This document shows positions 25,129 to 32,000 of a stretch of 32,000 nucleotides of DNA, in pieces. Each line of letters opens with the position of its first letter. Position 1 is the stretch's first letter. The notes beneath the pieces were generated by a model that was not told the origin of the DNA, ran no database searches, and worked only from the letters and a program-made list of their open reading frames with translations. Source of the stretch: an uncultured bacterium (lineage in GTDB: Bacteria > Margulisbacteria > WOR-1 > CAVSGV01); contig OY969425.1 of NCBI GenBank assembly GCA_963699255.1, forward strand, positions 1,380,001 to 1,412,000. The letters are read 5' to 3'. The position numbers and the translations under genes are program-made.

Positions 25129-26501
25129 TGTTTCCGTTTTTTGGTGCTTTTAGCCGGCGTCGACGGAGCAAGGGAGAGCCGCGGCATATCGAGCGTTAGA
25201 AGGTTCGCAGCGAGAAGCGCAACGACCGGCATGAACTGCAGCATATTCCGTACGGCAGGCGTTACATAGAAGAGCCAGCCATAAATGTCATTCTGCGAAA
25301 AAAAGTAGTATGACATAAAGCCGGCGAATTCAAGCGCGACGATCCCCAGCAAGAAAAGATTATACTTCTCAAAAAGCTTTTTGTAGTTGAAAACCACCAA
25401 TATGATAAGTACAGGCCAAACAATATTCCAATTGTCACGGGTAAATATGTAATCCGCAAATACTGACAGAAGGGGCGGGATCCTTGACAGGTCAATGGCG
25501 TGAAATCTCAGCGCTTCATGCGGGACAAAAAAGATCATCCTGATCATATATAGTCCGCCAAGCGCAACGGTAGCCGCTGATAAACTTTGTATCCATTTTA
25601 TTCCGAAAGCGTTCTTCAATCTCCCCGAAAATATCGTTGCAACGAACAGCGCCATAATTATGACCAGATGAAAGTAAGACTCGCTTTTGATCGTTGTTGT
25701 GGAAAGCAAAAAAATAAAGGACAGGATCAAATATCTTAGCTGCGGATTGTTAAGCCATAAGAAAAGAAAAGACACGCCCGCGAACAAATAGACAGAGAGC
25801 ATGAGGTCGCAATATTCGATCGTCGCGTGATAGACAAGAAAGGGGAGCGATATGAGGAGGTACGTTGCAAAAAGTGAAATTAATCTATCGCGGTTTCTTC
25901 GCACGGCGCAGTAAAAAAGCATCGCCAGAGAAATATAGTAAAGCGGGAAAGCGATCTTTCCCAGGATATCGTTCCACTCATTGAGGCAGACAAATACCCA
26001 GGTCTGGGATAACGGATTATGCTGGCCGCGGATAGTTTCAGGCAGGCTCGGAACATACGCGGTCCTCTCGATAAAATAGGCTTTTGCGCGGAACGAGTAT
26101 TGCGCCCAGGCGTCCCATCCACTCACCGGCTTTATCATCAGTGAAGAGAAGACGAAGAATATCTTAAGGAGGATCAAAGCGATCAGCAAGATCTCAAGGA
26201 GCTTCAGGTTTTTAAACCCCGAAAGGTCGAGATCGATCAGCCTGTTCTTAAAAGTTACATAGAGGCCCGCAAGCAGTATCGGAACGAGCGGGAGGCTTAC
26301 GGAAGATACCGTGAAAGGAATGTTCAGCTTTGTAAGAATAAAGAACATTTCGAAAGTTACGAACATCAGACCCACGCAGAATCCCAGAGCCAGCCTTTCG
26401 GGTAAAGTCGCATCATCCTTTTTGTATAAAACTAAATTAATAAAGCCAAGTCCGACCAGCGTGGGGAAGATAACCGCGTATGATGTCATCAGGTAAGCCA
26501 T
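25125..26501 (-). CDS. GT-C-like polytopic membrane protein, paralog B'
   Basis: 458-aa ORF with the loop motif IKPVSGWDAWAQYSFRAK. It is a paralog of 18725..20110 and overlaps its neighbours by 1 nt and 4 nt. Confidence 0.6.
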   Translation of the reverse strand: MAYLMTSYAVIFPTLVGLGFINLVLYKKDDATLPERLALGFCVGLMFVTFEMFFILTKLNIPFTVSSVSLPLVPILLAGLYVTFKNRLIDLDLSGFKNLKLLEILLIALILLKIFFVFSSLMIKPVSGWDAWAQYSFRAKAYFIERTAYVPSLPETIRGQHNPLSQTWVFVCLNEWNDILGKIAFPLYYISLAMLFYCAVRRNRDRLISLFATYLLISLPFLVYHATIEYCDLMLSVYLFAGVSFLFLWLNNPQLRYLILSFIFLLSTTTIKSESYFHLVIIMALFVATIFSGRLKNAFGIKWIQSLSAATVALGGLYMIRMIFFVPHEALRFHAIDLSRIPPLLSVFADYIFTRDNWNIVWPVLIILVVFNYKKLFEKYNLFLLGIVALEFAGFMSYYFFSQNDIYGWLFYVTPAVRNMLQFMPVVALLAANLLTLDMPRLSLAPSTPAKSTKKRKQ

Positions 26502-27649
26502 TAAAATTTACCTTTCTTAAGAAGCAGTATGCTTATAAAGAACGATGAAAATATCATCTGCAGGCCGAGCAACACCAGCGTTAAAGCGAACAACGCGGGC
26601 CTTACTTCCGCCAGGGCCCCGAATCCCGCTCCGATCCACTTTACCAGTATGAAAATATTCATGCCCAGCCCGATCAGGAACAATATCCCGCCCGTATAGA
26701 TACCCCTTTCAAGAGTGAAATACTTGAGGAAAAAGCTTATGAACCGGTCTTTTACCTCATATCCTTCGGTGTACGCGTAGCACTTGGCGAACAGGCCCGT
26801 GCTCAGTATCTGGGAACCAAGGATGGCAAGCGCGTTCCCCAGGACCATATAATGGATATCGAACACGAAGCGGCCGATCTTTAGCGGCCCGGGCAGGACC
26901 GCGAGCAGGAGGAACAGGCCGATCAGAGTGATCAACAGGCCGGGGAAAATAAAAAGGTAAGTGGGACTGTAGAAAAGCATGAACCGCAGATGACGCCATC
27001 CGTCCCTGAAAGTGTGCAGTTTTGACTCGCCCCTGCGCGGGTAATATACAATGGGGATCTCTGCTATTTTCAGGTTTTCCCTTGCCGCGTTAATGATCAT
27101 CTCAGAAGCGAATTCCATTCCTCCCGATTGCAGGTTCATCTTCAAAAAAGATTCTTTTGTCAGTCCGCGCATACCGCAGTTGGGATCAGAAACGCCGGTC
27201 TTGAAGAAAAGATTAAGCAGCCAGGCTATTACGGGAGTTCCAAAGTACCTGTGAAGAAGTGGCATCGCCCCCGGGATTATTTTCCCTTTTAACCTGCTGC
27301 CCACAACAAGGTCTGCGCCCTTTTGAAGCCTGTCAATGAACGGTTTAATGTCGGAAAAGTCATAAGTATCGTCCGAATCTCCCATAATGATGCACCTGCC
27401 CCGCGCACTGGCAAAACCTTTCTTATATGTATTTCCGTAACCTCTTTCCGGCACAGATATGACCCTTGCGCCCATGGTCCTGGCTATTTCAGCCGATCTA
27501 TCCGTTGAACCGTTGTCGGCAACGATTATTTCACCGGACAAGCCGGTGGATTCCAAGCCCTTCTTTGCCTTTGCAATGCAGGCGCCGATGGTCCCTTCTT
27601 CATTCAGGCACGGCATTACGATCGATATCTCTATGTTTTTTTCTTCCAC
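26501..27649 (-). CDS. family 2 glycosyltransferase with C-terminal TM helices (polyprenyl-phosphate sugar synthase architecture, GtrB/ArnC/Dpm1-like)
   Basis: 382-aa ORF. The GT-A domain shows ISIVMPCLNEEGTI, VADNGSTD and GDSDDTYD. Four hydrophobic helices follow in the last ~150 aa. Confidence 0.75.
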   Translation of the reverse strand: MEEKNIEISIVMPCLNEEGTIGACIAKAKKGLESTGLSGEIIVADNGSTDRSAEIARTMGARVISVPERGYGNTYKKGFASARGRCIIMGDSDDTYDFSDIKPFIDRLQKGADLVVGSRLKGKIIPGAMPLLHRYFGTPVIAWLLNLFFKTGVSDPNCGMRGLTKESFLKMNLQSGGMEFASEMIINAARENLKIAEIPIVYYPRRGESKLHTFRDGWRHLRFMLFYSPTYLFIFPGLLITLIGLFLLLAVLPGPLKIGRFVFDIHYMVLGNALAILGSQILSTGLFAKCYAYTEGYEVKDRFISFFLKYFTLERGIYTGGILFLIGLGMNIFILVKWIGAGFGALAEVRPALFALTLVLLGLQMIFSSFFISILLLKKGKF

Positions 27650-28680
27650 AGGATATATGCTCCTTCATTATATTTTTTGAAAAGACGGAACCCCGGATTT
27701 TCACCCAGAGTTTCCTTTAAACCTTTATCGTAATTGATGACAATAATATATTCAGGTTCCTTCGGGAAAAAGTTCAAAGGATACAGGAAATATTTCAGCC
27801 TGTCTCTATAAAAATTGCCGTTCGGGCCCGAGGAGAGTACAGATACGTCCGACCTGCTTTTGATCGATCCCCCGCAGAACTCTATGAACTTGTAAAAATC
27901 GCCTCCGACGATTACTCCGACAAGCGCCGCCCTTTTTTCCTCAAGGGACTTAAAATCATATCTATCAAAATCGCCTTTGAGTTGATGATATTGGTTGACG
28001 GAACTGCTGAACTCGAGGAGCCCCCAAAAAACAATGGCGGCAACGATCGCCGCTTTGCCGCAGTTTTGCCATGAAAAAGCAGGGTCTTTTGTTCTATAGA
28101 ACGAATAGGCGAACATGATAACAGAAGAAAGCAATATTATTACATAGGCATACCAGCTGATCGGGATGCCGCACAATCGTGTCGCCTCCATGTTGTTCAC
28201 GGTAGTCCCCAAAATGATCCGGCTGCCTGGTCCCCAAAATTCCCGCCAGCCTGATCTTATGTCCGTTATGAGGTTCGCAGGTTCGGCAACCGCCGATTCA
28301 ATGATAAATCCCTCCGTTCCGCTTTCCGGATGGATCACCAGCTGATTGATAGCTCCGGTCCAATAACGGCTCTGCAACCTGAGATCAAGCACATATTCCT
28401 TGCTGACATTTGATTTGTCGGCAAAGAACCAGATACCCGTTGGGCCGTTCGTTTGAGGACCCAGGGAGGAGGTCCAGAATAACCCGACCACTCCGCTTTC
28501 TTTTGATCTTATCCTCAAAACTATCGTTCTGAATTTATCCGAATCGATATTGTTCTCCGGTGTGCCTATGAAATATGGAGCGTTTGGCGGCTGCGCTATG
28601 GATATTTTTATCTGGCTTCCGAAAACCGGCAGATATAGAAGCGAAAGGATCAATGCCGAAAAAATAAATGACCGTTTCAT
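27631..28680 (-). CDS. hypothetical exported/2-TM protein, unrecognised family, paralog B
   Basis: 349-aa ORF with signal peptide MKRSFIFSALILSLLYLPVFGS. It has the same layout and conserved blocks as 20107..21258. Its start overlaps the aminotransferase stop (TAATG). Confidence 0.65.
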   Translation of the reverse strand: MKRSFIFSALILSLLYLPVFGSQIKISIAQPPNAPYFIGTPENNIDSDKFRTIVLRIRSKESGVVGLFWTSSLGPQTNGPTGIWFFADKSNVSKEYVLDLRLQSRYWTGAINQLVIHPESGTEGFIIESAVAEPANLITDIRSGWREFWGPGSRIILGTTVNNMEATRLCGIPISWYAYVIILLSSVIMFAYSFYRTKDPAFSWQNCGKAAIVAAIVFWGLLEFSSSVNQYHQLKGDFDRYDFKSLEEKRAALVGVIVGGDFYKFIEFCGGSIKSRSDVSVLSSGPNGNFYRDRLKYFLYPLNFFPKEPEYIIVINYDKGLKETLGENPGFRLFKKYNEGAYILWKKKT

Positions 28681-29603
28681 TAACTTAAGTTTTTAAGCGC
28701 TTCTTCGAATATGTTCACGGCGGTGTCTATCTGTTCTTTCGTGATGATGAGCGGCGGGATGAACCGTACCACCTGATCGTATTTTCCGCACGATATCAGT
28801 ATCAGCTGCCCTTTCAGGCAGGATTCCAATATCTTTTTGACCGTGTCGCTGTCGCGGAACTCAACGCCGATCATAAGCCCAAGCCCGCGGACATCAACGA
28901 TCGACGGGTAAACGCCCTTTAGTTTCTCAAGCTTCTCCTTTAAGTAAGCTCCCATCTTTAAGGCGTGATCGGCCAGTTTTTCTTTTTCTATGACATCGAG
29001 AGTGGCAAGCGCGGCCGCGCATGATACCGGATTGCCGGTCATGGTGCTTCCATGAGACGAAGGCGACCATTGCTTCATTACGGCATCCTTTGCAATTACG
29101 GCACCGAGCGGAAAACCGGAACCCAGGGCTTTTGCAACAGCCATGATGTCCGGGTAAACGCCGAAATGCTGTGAAGCGAACATCTTGCCCGTCCGCCCAA
29201 AACCTGTTTGCACCTCATCAAAAGCAAGCAGAACATCATACTTGTTGCACAGAGCTCTCAGCCCCGATAAAAATTCTTTTGACGCGACGATGTAACCGCC
29301 TTCTCCCTGAACAACTTCAACAATCACTCCGGCTATCGGGTTTGATTTCATGATCCTTTCAACTTCTTCAAGTGAATTGTCTTTTGAATATGGCGCGACA
29401 AAAACATTCGGGAGAAGGGGCTCGTACCGGTCGCGATATTTCTGTTTGGATGTTGTTATGGAAAGAGCGCCCAGGGTGCGCCCGTGAAAAGCGCCCTCAA
29501 AGGCGATTATCCCGGGTTTGTTTTTTACGTATTTCGCAAGCTTAATGGCTCCTTCTGTGGCTTCGGTGCCGCTCTGGCAGAAAAAGCTCATGGATGGTCC
29601 CAT
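28680..29603 (-). CDS. class III (ArgD/GabT-like) aminotransferase, C-terminal fragment (frame-shifted gene, part 2 of 2)
   Basis: FFCQSGTEATEGAIKLAKY, AFDEVQTGFGRTGKMFA, and the PLP-lysine block MAVAKALGSGFPLGA. Confidence 0.85.
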   Translation of the reverse strand: MGPSMSFFCQSGTEATEGAIKLAKYVKNKPGIIAFEGAFHGRTLGALSITTSKQKYRDRYEPLLPNVFVAPYSKDNSLEEVERIMKSNPIAGVIVEVVQGEGGYIVASKEFLSGLRALCNKYDVLLAFDEVQTGFGRTGKMFASQHFGVYPDIMAVAKALGSGFPLGAVIAKDAVMKQWSPSSHGSTMTGNPVSCAAALATLDVIEKEKLADHALKMGAYLKEKLEKLKGVYPSIVDVRGLGLMIGVEFRDSDTVKKILESCLKGQLILISCGKYDQVVRFIPPLIITKEQIDTAVNIFEEALKNLS

Positions 29604-29893
29604 GGGAGAAATTTTGACAGCTTTTCTGCAAGTAGAACATTAGCCTCGTAATATACTATTCCGGCTCCCGCGTGAATGAGGGTTTCAGCCTGCTTAACCG
29701 CGGCGGCGACCACTTTCGGATGGCAGTGGCCAAGGTTTGTCACAGCGATCCCGCAGGCAAAATCGAGATATTTCTTGCCGCTCTTTGAAATAAGGTATGC
29801 GCCTCGCCCCTTTTCTATCTCAATGGACGTGTAATGGGACAGGGCAGGGGACAATACCTTACTGGCTCGTGACTCCAAACTTTCGCTTTTCAT
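29588..29893 (-). CDS. class III aminotransferase, N-terminal fragment (frame-shifted gene, part 1 of 2)
   Basis: GAYLISKSGKKYLDFACGIAVTNLGHCHPKVVAAAVKQAETLIH is the typical N-terminal region. It ends ...LAEKLSKFLPWDHP* where homologues continue into SGTEA. Confidence 0.8.
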   Translation of the reverse strand: MKSESLESRASKVLSPALSHYTSIEIEKGRGAYLISKSGKKYLDFACGIAVTNLGHCHPKVVAAAVKQAETLIHAGAGIVYYEANVLLAEKLSKFLPWDHP

Positions 29894-29901
29894 ATCGGAT
29901 T

Positions 29902-29930
29902 ATTATACTAGCCTCGCCGATTTGTGACAA
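29902..29930 (-). promoter_or_regulatory. sigma70-like promoter, leaderless-type spacing to the aminotransferase ATG
   Basis: The coding strand reads TTGTCA-N17-TATAAT. 8 nt (AATCCGAT) separate the -10 from the ATG at 29893, and there is no SD. Confidence 0.45.
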
Positions 29931-29948
29931 TAGCGACTAATAGCGGGG

Positions 29949-31880
29949 CTAGAAGTTGAACGTTCCTTCAAACGAGAGAAGCGTCGCCTGGAAACTATTA
30001 ACGGGGGTGATCCTGTCCATGTAGTTCGCCCACTTGATCGCGACCTTAAGAACTATGCTGGAGAGGATCATTTGCCCGGTCTGCGGCACCACAATGTTCA
30101 CGGACAGCGACTGAATGATCTTTGTGAAATCCTGGTCAACGAATGACCCGCCGAGGATTTCACCGCCGTTGTCCTCTTGTGACCAGTCATAGTTCGCGGT
30201 CCCATATGTGAACACTCTGTATACGGCGTGCGCGTCAATATCCGACTTGTGGGCGCTCTGGTCCGGTGTGCTTGTGACCTTTACGCTGTAATTCCCTGAG
30301 AGGTCCAGGTTATCCATGGCTTTATAAGTAGTTCCAATGCTTGTCGTCTGACTTTGGGATATGGTGTCGACCGGGGTAATGGGATCGTCATTTTTATTTA
30401 TGTAATCCTCCTGTCCGATACCTGTAGTTATGGACCAAACACTGATCGGCGACACAGTGAAATCGTAGTTCTGGTCAAATGTCCTTGTATCCGTTGAGAC
30501 CTCAGAAGTTCCCACCGGACCCTTCATTAAGCTTGTGGCGAGATTATATTTCGTGGTCAGTTTGTAATTTGAGCCTGAAAGTGCCGTATGGTCGATCGAG
30601 TATGTGTTCGCATTTCCTGAAGTCCTTACGCCGTTCTCCAGAAGAGAATCATCTATCGATCCCGACCAGCCGAGCGAGGTTGAAGAGTACGGGGTGAGCC
30701 TGATATCAGCGGACGAGCGCTCGGTCTTCGGGTTTCCGAAAGCGGTCGTGACGGTCGGAGTTTCCTGGCGGTTATGATCTACGCTTGTGGTAAGTTGATC
30801 AATGGGCACGAAGTCGGCGTGATAAGTTTCATTGACCGTAGATTGTGCCGCGCCTGATAGGAGATCATATGAATTTTGGCCTATTTTATTCCAATATGTG
30901 TATAGTTTTTTAATGTTGCCAAAGGTCAGGTCCCAGTTTAAATTGGAACTTAGATCGTCGGTTTCTTGTCTTTGTACGGTTTTTCCTTGCGACCTGCTTC
31001 CAGCTTCGTATGATATTGTGCTCGCTTGGTTCACCTGGTAATCCAGTATCCATTTAACTCTCTTGGTGAAATTAAACGTGTCGCTGGTATGAAAATAATC
31101 TATTGTCGAATCCTGCGGAAGGACCTTATCCTCCGTGTCCGTGTAAGACAGGGTCTTACTTGCGTCATTCGAGTTGGAAAATCCGAATTCCCCCCAACTT
31201 AATGAATTGGGCACTACGCTAAGTGAATAAGCGAGCGACTTGGCGTCATTATTGTGTATCGCACCTTTCGAAAGCAGATCATCCATTGTATCGTATTCCC
31301 TTAGATTGAAATTAACCTGCGCCAATCCCAGAGTATTGAATCCGGTCGACAAGTTCGTGTCATAAGCATGCAGGAACTTATCGGGATAGTTGTTTATCGG
31401 AGTATTGGTCTCCTTCCGGTCGGCGGAGAACCAGAAACTCGACCAAAAACTCGGGAACGGCGTCATTTTTGTGTACGCATGCTTGTAATCGCTTCCCAGG
31501 GGAATGGAAGTGCCGCCCATAGGAGAGAAATCCGCGTCAACTTTCTTGTAATCGGCGGCAAACTCCAGGTTCGGAAGCGGTTTGATATCTCCGCCGAACT
31601 TATATGCGCTGCCTTGTTTTTCGGTTACCGAGGTCACTATCCCGGCGGAACTTTGATAATTGTAATCTATGGAGATAACATCAGCGGTTGCGGGGACTAT
31701 TATGAAAAAGGTCAGAACGCCGTATCCTCCGGAAGAGTTCGAGTCATAGAAGAATGAATATTGGTCGTCCCTGTTCAGCTTTTGTCCATTCATGTAGACC
31801 TGGTCACTTCCGTCTATGATCGTTCCGGGACTCTTTAAATTAAAAGTACTTGGATACGGCGTTGCCGTTGAACGTTTCAT
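29949..31880 (-). CDS. putative outer-membrane beta-barrel protein (main fragment; the gene appears to continue upstream in another frame)
   Basis: 643-aa Ser/Thr/Asn/Asp/Tyr-rich ORF. It ends ...SFQATLLSFEGTFNF with aromatic residues at -1/-3/-7 (an OMP beta-signal). There is no signal peptide at the track start. Confidence 0.6.
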   Translation of the reverse strand: MKRSTATPYPSTFNLKSPGTIIDGSDQVYMNGQKLNRDDQYSFFYDSNSSGGYGVLTFFIIVPATADVISIDYNYQSSAGIVTSVTEKQGSAYKFGGDIKPLPNLEFAADYKKVDADFSPMGGTSIPLGSDYKHAYTKMTPFPSFWSSFWFSADRKETNTPINNYPDKFLHAYDTNLSTGFNTLGLAQVNFNLREYDTMDDLLSKGAIHNNDAKSLAYSLSVVPNSLSWGEFGFSNSNDASKTLSYTDTEDKVLPQDSTIDYFHTSDTFNFTKRVKWILDYQVNQASTISYEAGSRSQGKTVQRQETDDLSSNLNWDLTFGNIKKLYTYWNKIGQNSYDLLSGAAQSTVNETYHADFVPIDQLTTSVDHNRQETPTVTTAFGNPKTERSSADIRLTPYSSTSLGWSGSIDDSLLENGVRTSGNANTYSIDHTALSGSNYKLTTKYNLATSLMKGPVGTSEVSTDTRTFDQNYDFTVSPISVWSITTGIGQEDYINKNDDPITPVDTISQSQTTSIGTTYKAMDNLDLSGNYSVKVTSTPDQSAHKSDIDAHAVYRVFTYGTANYDWSQEDNGGEILGGSFVDQDFTKIIQSLSVNIVVPQTGQMILSSIVLKVAIKWANYMDRITPVNSFQATLLSFEGTFNF

Positions 31881-32000
31881 TTGTGCTCACGGTCGTATAT
31901 ACCTGATCGGTCCTTGACCTTGCGAACGATCCCCCGAGGTTCAGGTAATCCCCCACCTGCAAGGTGAAATCGGTCCCAACAACATCGTGCGATATGGGGC
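31840..32000 (-). CDS. upstream fragment of the same OMP gene (partial, runs off the window)
   Basis: The open frame from the window edge reads PISHDVVGTDFTLQVGDYLNLGGSFARSRTDQVYTTVSTNETFNGNAVSKYF*. Composition is the same, and a 1-nt change at a T4 run joins it to ...NLKSPGTIIDGS. Confidence 0.45.
   Translation of the reverse strand, partial: PISHDVVGTDFTLQVGDYLNLGGSFARSRTDQVYTTVSTNETFNGNAVSKYF

Noticed and set aside
13036-29893. A phage-defence, toxin-antitoxin or secretion system hidden in the accessory region.
   Set aside because: There are no nuclease, helicase, ATPase, reverse-transcriptase, Sir2/TIR or toxin-like domains. Every sizeable ORF is a membrane glycosyltransferase-like protein, a methyltransferase, a GT2, an aminotransferase or their partner.

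Overview
Bacterial chromosomal window, almost entirely coding. The organism is probably a diderm, because an AsmA-family protein and a beta-barrel outer-membrane protein (OMP) with a C-terminal Phe are present.

The first ~13 kb is housekeeping, mostly on the minus strand:
- a TPR protein;
- a glycine-cleavage cluster (gcvT, small membrane protein, gcvH, gcvPA; no gcvPB) coupled to hisC;
- a VanW-domain gene;
- tRNA-Thr(GGU) followed by tuf;
- an AsmA-family gene, yqeY and lepB;
- a DUF47/PiT phosphate pair;
- tRNA-Tyr(GUA).

From ~13 to ~30 kb lies an accessory-looking envelope-glycosylation island. It contains:
- five GT-C-like polytopic membrane proteins;
- two GT2 enzymes, one with a polyprenyl-phosphate-sugar-synthase architecture;
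- three class I SAM methyltransferases;
- a hemolysin-III/PAQR protein;
- a class III aminotransferase;
- two paralogous copies of a protein I cannot place in any family (signal peptide, periplasmic domain, 2 TM helices, C-terminal domain), each in a translationally coupled operon with one member of a GT-C paralog pair.

This repeated module is the best candidate for an undescribed system. rlmB is embedded in the island and a large OMP gene flanks it.

Quality caveat: at least six conserved genes are broken by single-base frame shifts, mostly at short homopolymers. That suggests consensus errors rather than biology.

Several operons show a TATAAT-like box only 7-8 nt from the start codon (leaderless-mRNA candidates). 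I saw no CRISPR array, transposase, integrase or recognisable defence gene.
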